Shown: positions 12,806 to 25,936 of the stretch, piece by piece
Numbering within the stretch: the stretch's first letter is position 1
Layout: each line of letters starts with the position of its first letter
Origin: Minutocellus sp. GHC0000111
Lineage: Eukaryota
Assembly: GCA_977018835.1 (NCBI GenBank)
Contig: OZ361261.1
Coordinates: 124,001-188,000, forward strand
DNA length: 64,000 nt
Direction: 5' to 3'
Translations under genes and position numbers: made by a program
The notes under the pieces: model-generated
Told to the model about the DNA's origin: nothing
Databases searched by the model: none
Seen by the model: the letters and a program-made list of their open reading frames with translations, nothing else

Positions 12806-14363
12806 CTATTTGATATGACGAGGCTTGCGCCGATTGTCCATCCTCTGGGTCTCCACGAAGGACCAATCGCCCGTCTCGACTCGCTGCGCAATCACCTTTT
12901 TCTCCTCGTCGGTCAACCAAAGGCTGTCCCAACCGAGCTGCTTGGCCGTCCATTTCCTCCGTCCCGTTTCCTCCTCACTTTCAGCACCCATACCGACATC
13001 CTCACTAGCAGCACCACCCACCTCCATCTGATACTCACTGCTCTTGCAGAACTCCACATCGAGCTGGCTGTGGATGGTGCTCTTGAGCATCGGCGCACGG
13101 AAGAATGCCGGCACCGTGGTAATATGAACGGCATCTCTGCCGAATCGTCCCATGGTCCGTTGCGGCAGCACCCGATCGATGAGCTTGACGATGTAGGCCG
13201 GCATGCCCTTGCCGCGCCACAGTATGCCACTGACGTCGCTGCGCAGGTCGGACAGGAGGGCCTCGTACGCCGGACGGGAGACCCAGTACGCGTACGCGCC
13301 CCAGATGGGCGTGCCGCTGCCCTTTTCTTCTTCCTCTTTTTCTTCTTGGTTGTAGTCGTCGTCACCGGTAGCCGTTTCATTGGCATCGCCCTCACTCTTC
13401 TTCTCTTCGTTGGCCAATGTAGAGGAAGACCGCTTGGGCACCGGCTTGTCGGCACGAAATTCCTCCACCGCCCTCGTCAAAGTCTGTTCGGGCCCGCATC
13501 CGTGGCATGTGCGTTTCGTACAACCACTTGAGGTTGGGTTTGCTTCCGAGCCAGCCGTAGTAGCGTAGGTGGCATTCCTTGCTGGTACTTCCTTCTTTCT
13601 CTTCATTGGCATTGGCTTCGTCTTGTTCCTTGGACGCATTCGATAACCGCTCGCTGGCCTCCATCGTGGCCCATATCCGCTCGGCGCATTCGCAGTAGGC
13701 ATCGACCTCGGCCTCCACCTCATCCTTTCCCCCCTCACCACCAACTATCGGCGCCCGGACGTTGTCCTCCAATATCAAATCATAGTCGCCTTCCACTAAC
13801 GCCCGCATGGCGATCAGATGGGCCAAGAGGCACGCCAGCACCCCCCGCTCGCGCGAGATGCTCTTGGATTTCCACCACAGCTCCACGGAGTAGTGCAACT
13901 TGCGATCGCGCTGGCTGCCGTGTCGTCCGGGGGCGATGGGGATTACTGGGTCGGGACAGACTTTTTGGGAGGAGCCGGGTTGGGTGGGGTCGGTCAACGC
14001 GTCCAGATAACGGATGGGGTTGGTTTCCCACAGCTCCGTGCCGGTGGTTGCCAATGCCTCCCATTCGGCTTCTGGCAAAAGGCCCGCCTCGTTGGCTTTC
14101 GATAAAAGGTTGCGGCAATTTCGAATCGAGCGGACGGGGACTCCCGGGGAGAAGGCGGGCGGGTCAAAGTGCGCGGCCAGGCGGGGGTGGGAAAACATTT
14201 CGGTGAGGTGCGACTGGCGCGGACCGCTTATGGTGATGATGAGGGGACGGAGCTTCCGACGCTGGGGCTGATGCTGGCCGCCTTCTCGGGGTCTACTTTG
14301 GTCGGCAGGAGATGCAAAGGATGGTGGCACGTCATGTGCTTCTTTTGGAGGTGAATTCGGCAT
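12806..14363 (-). CDS. Glycosyltransferase family 25-like protein; frameshift near 13490
   Basis: ORF 13392-14453 has CLLAHL...LILEDN and ORF 12806-13744 has WGAYAYWVS...LL...IDRVLP. These resemble GT25 motifs (C..SH, LILEDD, GY.IS, PVD) split across two frames. Confidence 0.5.
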
Positions 14364-14760
14364 GATATTAATATGGGCTGCAAATAAATTTCGAGCGTTA
14401 AAATTGCAAGCAAGCTTTGTTTGACAAACCCAGCAATATTGTTGAGCAGTCAAACAAACTGCAACAAACCATGCCGAGAATGAGCGGTTCTGCGTTTGAG
14501 TAATGGGTTATGGGTCTAGCTAATTTCGTAGCATTGTCGAGCCGGCCTCCCCTCTCAACTTTGTGTCAGACACGAATCTGCAGCCCATCGCCGAAAAGCA
14601 AATCTCCCGCCAAAAGGATCCTTCTTCCCCCTCCACTTGCTTGCGACCTTGCTTGCCTCTCGATCCTCTCTCGCCTCACCACCACAACACCTTGATAACC
14701 CTCCGGATATCTTGCTTGCTCGATTGCCGACCCACCAGGCTCCGATATACAATATAAATC

Positions 14761-16261
14761 ATGGTGATGGAATTCTCCCTCCAGGGCCTGACCGATGCCC
14801 TCGACGGCGTCACCGGCGGGCTGACCAACGCCGTCAACGAAAAGACCAGCGACGCCAAGTCGGCCGCCAAGGAACTGGCCTCGTGCCTGCCCCTCGTCAA
14901 CGACGCGCGCGAATCGTCCGCCGCTAGCAGCGACCGTGGAGCCGACGCCCGCGACGAACCCGAGGAGGAAAAGCTCATCGCCTACTCGGACGAGCCGACG
15001 GAACTGTACAACCTCCTCAAGGATGGGGATTGGTCCGGCGTCATCAAGTGCGCCCAGCGAAATCCCCTCGAGGCCAAGACGTGGATCGTGGAGAAGAACA
15101 CCGACGGCACCACCCGATGGGAATTGCTGCCGTTGCATTTGGCGTGCGAGAACCAGCCCCCCGTCGAAGGTGAGTTGAGTCGAGTTCAAAAGAAAAGTAG
15201 CCTTGCAGAAGTTAATTAATGTGCTATGATATGAGATGCGTGCATGCATGTCTTGGATGCGACACGTGCTACATCTGGATTATTTCAGTGGAACAAATGG
15301 ATATCATATCTCTATAATACTGTTATCTCACATGCATATCTTTCGATGCCCCTTCCTCTTTATCCACCATATCAGTCATCGAAGCCCTCCTCGCCGCATA
15401 CAACGATGCCACGGCCAAGAAGGACAGCGGCGGCGACCTGCCCATCCATTTGGCCTGCCGCGAAAAGGCCACCTCACCCTTCTTCTCAAGGATCCCAAAA
15501 CCGCCCAGACCGCCGACGATGAGGGACGGTTGCCCATCCATTTGGCATGTCGTCAGGCCACCTCGACCAAGGTCGTGGATCGTCTCTTGATTGCCCACCA
15601 CCGTGCGTCCAAGACGACCGATTCGTACGGACTCCTGCCCCTTCATTGGGCCTGTGCCCAGAATGCCTCGGAGGACATCGTCAAGAGTCTGCTCAGGGCC
15701 AACCCCTACGCCGTCGATCATGCCGATAAGTGGGGCCGCACCCCGCTGTCGTTGGCCGAGGCCTCGACCAACGCCGAGAAGGATGCCGTCATCGCCGCCA
15801 TCCAGCAGGATGCCTCGTACTGGACCACCTCCCTCACCGAGGAGGTCAAGTCCCTCGAAGGCAAGGTGACCAAAAAGTCCGAGGCCGAGAAGAAGGCCCG
15901 CGCCAAGGCCAAGAGCCTCGAGGCCCGCCTCGTCGAGGTCACCGCCGCCAGCAGCGCCGCCGCCCAATCCTTCCGGGAGCTCAAGGATGAGCTCGAGGAG
16001 GAGAACACCGTCCTGAAAACGACCGTGCGGGAGCTCGACGAGAGCAACAAGGAGGCCGAGCAGCAGATTGCCGAGATGAAGGAAAAGAACGGCGAAAAGA
16101 TGGCACGGAACGACGATCTGGCCGAGCGGCTGAGCAAGCTCATGGTGGTGCTGAGTGAGATGGAGGAGCAGCGATTGGCCGTGCTGAGAATTACCGGCGA
16201 TTGGGAGGACAGTCTGCAGAAGGCCAGTGATTTGGTCCACCTCGATGAGGAGGATGCGTAA
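14761..16261 (+). CDS. Ankyrin-repeat plus coiled-coil protein; intron 15170-15375; frameshifting deletion near 15473
   Basis: Repeated ankyrin motifs LPLHLAC, LPIHLAC, LPLHWAC, GRTPLSLA; GTGAGT..ATCAG intron; C-terminal coiled coil. Confidence 0.8.
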
Positions 16262-17040
16262 TTTTCTTGCGGAGAAAAGTTTGATATCAAGATTTTGAAC
16301 CCGAAATAATTTGTACTATAATAAACAACTGAATGAAATCATAAGACGTTAGAGGCTGGTCCATACAATAGGACTTCATCTAATACGGTTTGTTCGTAGC
16401 CTTATTCGCATTAGGAATGATTAGGACAACTTGCTTTCATCATGAATCATCCAATTTCTTTGAGATCCGTAGCAAATTTGCAGTCTTTATGGACGCAATG
16501 GCTGAAATAACTATTTTGGTCACTGCCATGTAAAAGTACTGAGGGCCGATTTACATTTGGTCCGCCCCCGCCTGCCATGATTTATCCCAATGTGACTGTC
16601 CAACTGGAAAGTAATTTTGTTGCCGTTGCCAAATTACTGTAAATGTGCGGCAATGTACAACAAAAATTGAGCTCAGAGATAAAGAGATACCGTTGCATCC
16701 AACGCCACGGGGTTTGGCAACGGTTGTTCGCCTTCGCTTCGGCGCTCGGCCGGCGGCGCGGCACTAGCACTGGCAACCAACTGTGGGTAGTTCCCTCATG
16801 GAAAAATTCGGGTTTTATCGTCCTTTCCGTCGTCGGGATCATCTGCTGCACCAAGAAAATTTTGCACCGAACACGCGCTCAAGCTTCCAGCCCCGCCAGC
16901 CGCCATTCGAACTACTTTCCCTCCCCCTCCAAGAGCCAAGGAAGCATACCACACGATACTAGCTCAACCAAACGCTCTATTATCCAAGCACATCGCATAC
17001 GTGCATTTGCAAGATATCAGAAGACGAAATATTATAAATA

Positions 17041-17544
17041 ATGAGGATCGAAAAGTGCTACTTCTGCAGTTCTCCCGTCTATCCCGGACACGGAATTGTT
17101 TTCGTTCGGAATGATTCCAAGCAGTTCCGCTTCTGCCGGTCCAAGTGCCATCGCAACTTCAATAAGAAGCGCAATCCCCGTAAGGTGGCCTGGACGAAGG
17201 CCTACCGCAAGACGAGGGGGGAGGAGATGGCCGTCGACTCGACCTTCGAGTTCGAGAAGCGCCGGAACCGTCCCGTCAAGTACGATCGGGAGCTCATGGG
17301 CAAGACCATCATGGCCATGCAGCGCGTCCAGTCCATCAAGGAGAGGAGGGAGAAGCAATTCCACGCCAACCGAATGAAGGATGCCGCTAGGGAGAAGAAG
17401 GTCCAGGCCCGGGTGGAGATCGAGAAGAGCATCGAGCTTCTGGCTCCGGCGGTCGCCAACAGGGAGGAGGTCATGCGCAATGTCGTGGACAGTGCCAGGG
17501 AGAGGATTGCGGCAAGGAAGAAGATGTCGGGACAAAAAGTCTAG
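17041..17544 (+). CDS. RLP24: Ribosome biogenesis protein RLP24 (RSL24D1, L24e family)
   Basis: [64 protein letters not shown]. Confidence 0.95.
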   Translation: MRIEKCYFCSSPVYPGHGIVFVRNDSKQFRFCRSKCHRNFNKKRNPRKVAWTKAYRKTRGEEMAVDSTFEFEKRRNRPVKYDRELMGKTIMAMQRVQSIKERREKQFHANRMKDAAREKKVQARVEIEKSIELLAPAVANREEVMRNVVDSARERIAARKKMSGQKV

Positions 17545-18072
17545 GCGCGATCAGCAGCGGCAGGTGGGAATGGGATGGACGAGAGCTAAGCACCTTGCCG
17601 CATATGCATGTCCCGCTTTGCGCCAGTAGCGACAATGCTGTGAGTTCAACATGATCGATTATCATGCTCTTTCGTCGTGCACGAAGGCATTCTCTTGGGG
17701 TTGAGGCAGTCATTTCCATTTTTGTCGGCCAGTGCCGACGTAAATCATATTTTATGGACAGAAAAAGTCTCAATGAGTTGCCACGCCTGCACTAGTATAA
17801 GTTCTGTTCCTTCCCGATTCTCAGTCAATCTAATGATAATACATTAGACTCCCAAGTGTATCTGTGTTTTCTTTTCGCTTAGCTATGCGAGCATTCACAT
17901 GTCCTGTGTCAGTGCGGAAGTATTCTTGTCCATATAGATGGAACACGATTGCTTACATGTACAAGTAATTGCATCGCAGTATCTTAATTAATTTAGACAC
18001 TCTTTGGTGATACCCTGTTATTAGATTCTGATTGTGAAGACACGATTATTTCCCCATTTATTACAGTATGTT

Positions 18073-19538
18073 TTAGTTCAGAGTAAAGTTAAAAGTCACA
18101 TTCTGAACACTGTTCAAGTTGCTGGCAGTCTGAAGGGATGTGATGAATTCTACCTCCCGCGTCATGAAAATTGCTGCTACTGCATCATCCAGCTGCTTCA
18201 TGGTGGGCGCGTATGCCGGATCTGGAACTCCAGGACCAGATGCAGGTACAACGAACGTTCCACCGAGTTGAGCATTCACCTCCAGCTGGCCGGAAAAGGG
18301 AATATTCTGCGCAAAGGAAATGAACGAAAGCTGGGCATCGGTTTCATTCGTCAGGGCGAGATTTTCAAGTGTCATGGCCTCCATAGTACTTTGAAAGACC
18401 CCCAAAGCTTGAGCATCCATGAGAGATGATACCGGAGTAATTTGAACAGAGAACGCCTTGCCCGAAATGGAAACGCTGACAGGAGGGCTTCCGGACGGCG
18501 CAGAGGATGGTGTTGGGCTGGGGGCCGCAGTATAAGTACCACATTCAATCGAGCAAGAACAAGGGCATGAAGTCACCAAAGCAAAGAAATCCTCCGCCGA
18601 ATACACAGCACTGAATGAATGGCAATTCAAATTGCTGAACGAGGCACAGTCTGTACCCTGAGGCGAAACGTAATCTTCATCATCTTGGCACTGATGCGAC
18701 CATCCAGCGAAACAAGCCTCCTTTGTAGGCACCGCGCTAGGGCTTGCACTTGGCGAAACCGAAGGTGCAGCAGACACTGTAGGGGCTGGAGTTGGCATGA
18801 TCGTTGGCTTTGCGCTGATCGTTGGCGATGCAGTCGGCATGTCTGTGGGCCGACGGGTCCAAGTTCCGCATTCTTTTACATGTTGCGATTGGATAGAAAC
18901 ACGCAATGTACATGTCAATTCACAGCAAAATTGGGATATATTTATTGCAAGCAAAAATCCTAAATTCAATTCAATAACTCACCAATACCGCAGCTGCATG
19001 GGCATGAGTTGATGAACTCGTGCATCTGTTCTTCATTGAAACCGACATGTCGAAACAAAACGCATTGAGTATTCGCGTATTCTGAGCAGGGCAGGCCACC
19101 TAGAGGTGACTTATAAAGCGGATCATCTTGGCACGATGCGTCCCATCCAACGAAGCATTGTTCGCCATCTTGACTTGGGAAGGTAATGAGCAAATCACGC
19201 TCACGATCAGCCTCGGCATCATCGATTTCGACGACTTTTCGATCCGTTCGCATCGGCGACAAATGCTCGTCACACTTGGAAGACCGACAACTAATTGGAC
19301 AGCTTTCCATGAGCTCATCCAATTCATATGCTGTTAGGAGCCCAGTTGTAACTAACCCCTCACAGATGAATGCAGAGTGATCGGAACACTTCATCCCCAG
19401 CTTCCTTTCATATTCAGCATTGTCAACGCAACTTTCAGCGGCTCTTCTCTTTGGCGCATGGCGAATAGCAGTGCAGGTGCTTAGAGCGGTCAAGAGAAGC
19501 GCCAAGCTTGTGGCAATATGCCCATTTTGTAGCTTCAT
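18073..19538 (-). CDS. Secreted Cys-rich protein with three ShKT-like modules and Pro/Thr/Ser linkers; intron 18982-18873
   Basis: Signal peptide (SLALLLTALSTCTA), three C.D...Y..C..C..SCP.SC modules, PTPAPT/PSASP linkers. The intron joins the two ORFs in frame (CGI-ECG). Confidence 0.75.
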
Positions 19539-20171
19539 GGTAGCAGTATCTCTTGACGTCTCAAAAGTAGTCGAACGAAAATTACTCGACTTCGAAGGAT
19601 GGCCAGTTCAAAATGTAGTGCCAACAATGTTACAAGGCGACAGTTACAGGAGGCAAGCCGAATAAAGAGCAACTGCGTAGAGAGGAATTCAATCAAGTCA
19701 GAATCACGAAATGATTTTTGGCAGTGCGCTACAATGCCAAAGGGTGCCTCCACTGGGTCTCAGTTGTTGTCATCGCGCATCGAAAATGGCTTGCACGGCA
19801 CTATTAGTGGCTTGAATCATCTTCTAGTGGTTGAGAAGATCTAGAAGACCCCCGGCCGCCCCCCGCCAACAGCCAGTGTACCGGTAAAAAGCTGCTAATG
19901 CTGCAAAGCAGATGTTCAAACTTACCGGTACCAATACTTTGGCGCCCTGACATTGCGGTAGCATAGAATTCGACCAAGCTACTTTACCACGGTAGATCAA
20001 AAGACGTGTTTAGAGATGAAATCTACGGTACATTTTATGGGTTTAGAGTCTACGCTCAGAGAGTGGACCGCCGGGGAGTCGTCGATCCTGTCTGCCTGTT
20101 TGTGCGCAAAGCCTTGCTCTCTCTCGTCGTGAGAATGCATTAGGGATCCACTTCAACTTTCCACACTCTAC

Positions 20172-21149
20172 CTAAGCCTTGAGCATATTGTAAAAGACAG
20201 CGGCGATGCCAACTGCCACAAGTATGCACATAATATCGACGCATAATTTGTCCGACGACCTTCCGACCTCGTTGAGCTTATCCTTCATCTTGGCATTGAC
20301 GTTCTGCACATGCTCGTTGACATTGTCGATTCGGTTCGACACCTGCTCCAGCATTACGTTCTGCCGCTGGACCTCCTCGGATTGCATTTGGGCAATCTCG
20401 GCCAGGTCCTGGATACCCTCTCCGATCTCATCAATCTGTTGGTCGAACTCGGCATCGCGGTCTTGGATCATTTGGAGTTTCTGCCTTTGTCCATCAGTCA
20501 TGGCGACGGCGCTGGAGTTGTCGCCCCACTTGCTCCCCCGGCCATTCCTACCGCCTCCACCCTGATTCGAAGCGAAGAGGGTGTCGGAATCCAAGGCCGA
20601 CAGGGCGGCCGTGTTGAGGCTGGCGGCCGCGCGGTCTCTGCCCCCGGCCCCGCCGGCGCGGGCATACCCCTTCATCTGCGCTGCCTTGCACTTTTCAATC
20701 TCGGCCTGGAGGCGCATCACGAGCGTCTCCTGAACCTCGAGCTCCTCCCGGGTGAACTTGGACCGCTTCTTCCGCGCCTCGTTCTTGTACAGGGCGTCCA
20801 ATTCCTTCCACTCGTCGGACGCTTGTCGGATTTCCTCCCGCATTTGTGCCTGTGCGGCGATGACCTCCTTCGGGTTGTTGCCCTGTGCGACGGATCCCTT
20901 CCCGCGTGCGGCATCCTCCTCGAGGAGCCTGTGGATGGTCTGCAGCCGCTCTACGATGGAGGACTTGAGCTCGAGGAAACGGGAACCGGTCTTCTTCCCT
21001 CTCCGCCCCTTGCCCATGCTCTGCAAATTTTCGGCCTTCTTCTTCTTTTCCTCCTCGGACGTTTTGGGCTTGGCACCGACATCCTCCTGGATACCATACA
21101 GCTTGGTAAGGAGAACCGTCAGCTCCTGGTCTGCCTTGGAAGCCGTCAT
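20172..21149 (-). CDS. Qc-SNARE, syntaxin SYP7-like
   Basis: C-terminal t-SNARE coil (QDRDAEFDQQIDEIGEGIQDLAEIA...EEVQRQN) followed by a TM anchor (LCVDIMCILVAVGIAAVFY). Confidence 0.85.
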   Translation of the reverse strand: MTASKADQELTVLLTKLYGIQEDVGAKPKTSEEEKKKKAENLQSMGKGRRGKKTGSRFLELKSSIVERLQTIHRLLEEDAARGKGSVAQGNNPKEVIAAQAQMREEIRQASDEWKELDALYKNEARKKRSKFTREELEVQETLVMRLQAEIEKCKAAQMKGYARAGGAGGRDRAAASLNTAALSALDSDTLFASNQGGGGRNGRGSKWGDNSSAVAMTDGQRQKLQMIQDRDAEFDQQIDEIGEGIQDLAEIAQMQSEEVQRQNVMLEQVSNRIDNVNEHVQNVNAKMKDKLNEVGRSSDKLCVDIMCILVAVGIAAVFYNMLKA

Positions 21150-21339
21150 GGTAATGGTCGTATGTATTTTGGTGGTATCGCTCCAACGCAAAACAAGTTT
21201 AGCAAAGCGGCACGTGTTGTGTCGTTCACTTAATTAAGGGGGATGCATGATGGGGGACACCCCCAGTTCAGTTATTGACGCATTGGCAGTTGGCAGATCG
21301 AGCGAGATACGACAACGGCCCCATTGGCAAGGAGGTAGC

Positions 21340-22387
21340 GATGATGCCCAGAATGCATTCGATTCCGTACATTGCATTGGCGAGAAGGACATGTCGTCCG
21401 TCGTCAAACGGCACGGTGCCCTTCCATTCTACTTCCCAGCTTCGAAGATCGCACGGCGGATCATCAAGTCATCAACACCCTCCATCTCCTGCTGCTGCGT
21501 CATGCAATAATGCATCACCAAAGCCCAGCGCAAGGCAACTTCGAAGGCACTTTATTTGGGAAGCAGTGCCCATGGTTGCCTTCGGCTTTATGGACCAAAG
21601 TATTCTTATTCACTCGGGAAATGCCATTGATTGTACGCTGGGCGTGCAGTTTGGGCTCAGCACGCTGACAGCGGCAGCCTTTGGGTCCATCATTTCAATG
21701 ATGGTCGGCTTGGCGACCGGGGGGACAGTCGAACGAGCAGCGATGCATCTGGGACTTCCAGCACCGGGGCTGACGGCAACACAGAGGACAATGCCCGTTG
21801 TGCATCGGGTTGGGTTCGCCGGTGTACTGGCCGGTGCATTTTTGGGTTGCTCGTTGGGCATGGTCAATCTGCTACTCGTCGATACGGGAAGATCAGAAAT
21901 ACTCAAGCTTCACGCCTTGACCAAAGATCAGGAGATTGCGTTCGAAGTGGAAGCATCCAACCGAGATCGGACGGATGCCACCGCTATCAGAGTCAAGGGC
22001 CCTGACGTCGACGGCGTGTTGGCCTCCATGACCGCCGCTCTTGCGGCCGCAGGGTACAGTGTTGTTGAATTGCAGGCCAAAACAAGAGACGATGCGGGTG
22101 GAACATTTTCAGAGGGCATCTACGAGGATGTATTCATCGTCCGTCCCCGTGGATCAAAGGAGAAGGTGCCCGACGAGGATTTGGATGAACTTGCCCACAC
22201 CGTGTTGAACGCCTGCAAGGACCCCTTATCATCCCATTCCCTCCGCGCGCAAGTGTTAAATGTGAAGGAGGACAATGATGCACTGCTGGAAAGAGTACTC
22301 TGGCTTGAGAAGGCCCTCGAGGAGAGACAAATAACGGTGGTGAAAGAGAAGGATACTCGTACTAGTACCGGTAAGCAAGCAAAATAG
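21340..22387 (+). CDS. TMEM65-like membrane protein with C-terminal ACT-like domain
   Basis: TMEM65 signature AVPMVAFGFMDQ....GNAIDCTLG..FGLSTLTAAAFG; ACT-like VKGPDVDGVLASMTAAL...GYSV; R/S-rich presequence. Confidence 0.8.
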
Positions 22388-22636
22388 AAATCTCATACAA
22401 ATGCCAAGATTCAAAATCATAATGTGGATGAGCAATTAGGTGAAGTATTAATACATGCTAGATCATCGTCAATATACTCGTCTTGAGTTGCTTCAGCGTT
22501 CTCGGATTCTCCCGCAGCAGCCGAAGCTCCTCCTCCGCCACCACCTTTGCCTCCGCCCTTCTTCTTTTTCTTCTTCGCCTTGGACGACTTCGAAGCTGGA
22601 GCTTTTGGCGACGAAGTCATTGCAGGTAGCGGCTGA

Positions 22637-25568
22637 TCAACTTGCTTTTGTTTCTCCCTCTCCATTCTCCCTCTTGCCAAATCTGCTCGGAACGGAATTC
22701 TTCTTCTTTTCCAATCCATCATGCGATTTATCGGAATCAGAGTCGTCATCGTCCATATTGAGCGCCGCAAAGGCGGATGTTTGCTTCGCCGCCACGCCAT
22801 CGTCGCTGTCACCACTCCGATCTCTTTCATCACCCCCATTTCTATCCTTTGCACTGGCTCTCTTCAGGAGGATCAACTTCCGATTGATACCCTCGGACCC
22901 TTCATATGAATGTTCAAGCCCCAGCTGCTGAGCCAATTCACATGCAACCAGCTCATCAAATTTCGACATATTTGTGCCAACAACCATTTTCTCCCCACTG
23001 CCCGCTGTCTCCGAAAATGAACTAATCTTGTTCATCAGTTTCTTCCTTCTTTGTTCCTCGGTACTGGATCTGATGCTGCTCTTATTTGTTCCTACATGCA
23101 CCTTCTTTCCAGTGGATGAAGCTTGGTCTTTCGGCTCCGACGATTTCTGCTTGCTAGCAGCTTTGGCGGGGACTGCGGATCCGTTGACTTCACCACACGA
23201 GGCAACGATGACTTCCTCTGGCGCAAATTCAGCTGCTGATCTATGCTCTCCTCGTTCTTCTATCCATGTAAGCAGACCTTTAATGAAAGGACTCCTCGAT
23301 ACTGTTTCGCTGTCGGCAATGACGCAACAGTGCCTCCTCGCTCGAGTAATGGCAACGTTGAGCCTCCTTTCGTCACGGAGGAAGCCAATGCCACCACCAG
23401 CCGCTCCGCCCCTTTCCGAGCTCCGAACTAAACTCAAAATTACAGCCTCTCTCTCGCCACCCTGGAATCCATCGACACTACGAATTTCGAGGGACGGAAC
23501 CGCCGGAAAAAGCATCAATCGAAGTATCTCTACTTGTCCATTGTAGGGCGATATAACAGCAATCTCTTTTGGATCTACGCCCACCATTAAAAGCTTTTGG
23601 ACATGATGAGCGACGATCCTAGCCTCCTCTTCATTGTATCGAGAGCCAGCGGCGTTGACAGACTCGAACATGTCACACCCAGCCGTATCAATGAACAAAA
23701 GCGGTGCAAAGTCCATGTCATTATCGGGCAGGACTGATATGTGTTGGAGGTCGGAGAGTTTGTGGTCTTTCACACTCTCATGACTCAGCAGATTATAGCT
23801 ATACGACGCCGTGGATGCCCAGTCTGCTATCGCAGAATTCATTCGATATTGTGTTTGAAGCATCCGAGAAATGCGACCCTTGGAGCCCTGCTGGTGGTGT
23901 TTGGCGCTCAATTGATCATCGCCATAGAGTCTCATAACACGTTCAAACATGGTCAGTCCTAATTCTCGCTGTACTCGAGCCTCGTTGCATTTGATTGTCG
24001 GGGGCAACTGCTTATGATCACCCGCGAGGATGAGTCTCTGTCCTCGTAGGATGGGTATCCAGCACGAAGCTTCCAAGGCTTGGGCCGCTTCGTCAATAAC
24101 GACTAGATCAAAACCAAATCCTCTTTTGTCGATATACTTGTTCAATGCAGAACTCGAGGCACCCACATTCGTCGCCAGTACGACATCAGCATTCGATATC
24201 AGATCGTCAACAACTGCCTCTTCCCTTTGACGCAGTTCCGACCTTAGCACCTTTACTTCCCTCCGAGCAACACGTCGATCGGCATATCTCGACTTTTCAT
24301 CCGATAAGACCTTGACAAAGGATGCCAGCTCCTTTCGCACGTCATTTACCACCTCCGTACCATCTGCACCATGAACAAGAGATTCCAAGGAGTATGGCTG
24401 AATCGATGGCTTTATTCTGGCTGGATGGCCAAGGCGGACAGCACGAAGTTTTCGTGGCGGAGGAATCGGCGCATTTACGACATTTGAATCGCCAGGCGAG
24501 CTATCCGACTTTGTCTTTCGCGATCGGCGGGAAGTCTTGACATCATTGTTATTCGCAACCAGCTTCTCGAGCACATTATCAACAGCCACATTGCTCGGCG
24601 CCGTCACGAGCACCTTCCAACCCTTGTCGTATACTGCACGGCGAATGAGCTCGACCACTGTCGTCGTCTTGCCAGTCCCTGGAGGACCGTGAATCAATCC
24701 CACGCTGCCACCTGCAAGGGCAAAATCAATGGCTTCCTCCTGGCTTACATCCAGATCACCATTGTATCTTCTTTTGGCAGAAATACTCGAGCCCGGATTC
24801 GCCTGTCCAGTGCAGGTAGTCCTCGTGTCACCATCTACGACACCAAACACAGCTCCAATGATTGCACCGGCCTGGTCATGATCAGCAAAAAGCCTTGCTC
24901 AATTCATCGAGAGCATCGATCATCTTGCGATGGACGGCGGCCGAGCTCTTGGGAACGACGGTGAAGGGAGGCGACCCAATACCAAGGCCAAAATCGTCAC
25001 CACTGTCATCGGATCCGTCGGCACCGTTTGTTGTCGTGGTGCTGGCTCTTTTCTGACCAAAGAGGGCAATCGATATCGTTGCGTCGTCAAGGGCACATAT
25101 GACGCCCCCAGCATTGCGTTTCCTGTCGCTGCTACTGCTGCCATCTCGGCCGAGTATTTCCACCTCATCTCCAACTGTCAGTCGGTGCGAGGGAAGCAGA
25201 CTACCGGTACATGTACCTCCAGCACCGGCACGTGCAGTGGGTGCACTAGCACTGGGCTCCTCGGAATCACCCAAGATTCCACTACCACTAACATCGGAAG
25301 ACGACGAAGGTGCAGCTGACACTGAAGATCCCGACTCCAGATGAACCACCGTCCTACCGTACAGGCCAACCGTGACGCTTTCGACCCGCAGTCCCCGAAG
25401 GACATTCTGCGGTCTCTCCTCCGAGGATGATGAATTCTGACGCCGACCGGTCCCGGCCACCACGGACTCCTCTCCCTGCTCGCTCCGCAGCTCTAACTGC
25501 AGAAGGTCCTTTTGTTTGGCCACGAAGGCCTGGATGTCCATGCCTTCGGTCGCCGTTGACGACGCCAT
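22637..25568 (-). CDS. IGHMBP2: IGHMBP2/SMUBP-2-like SF1 (Upf1-like) helicase with R3H-like C-terminal region; frameshift near 24890
   Basis: IHGPPGTGKTTT, APSNVAVDN, DEAAQALE, LAGDHKQLPP, QYRMN, SVDGFQGGERE, RRLNVAITRAR. The upstream ORF 24882-25568 carries the IGHMBP2 N-terminus (FV.KQ.DLL.LE, GLYGRTV, GDEV). Confidence 0.88.
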
Positions 25569-25936
25569 TGCTATGCTGCTGCTGCTGCTGCTGCTGAGAA
25601 ATGCAGAAATGCATGAGCAGTCAAAGCAAGGGACTGCTTGGTCGCAGAGCAGAGTACCGCGGCCTGTACGAGGTAGGCCTACATGTACCTACTAGCTAGT
25701 ACCAATTGGTAGGTACTACAGTACTGACTACTGACAGTCCGCCGCGCCTTTCGACTTCTCATGCGTCATCGTGACGCTTCTCCCCTTGGACGCTGACTGC
25801 ACTCTGCACTGCGTGCGCTTGGACTGCCATTTTCACCTGCCTGTGATGGAAATCGAAATCGAATCGCACAATTCCGTGGTGTGGACAACAACAAATAAAT
25901 GTTATGGAATCTCAAACGAATAAATGAATCGAACAG

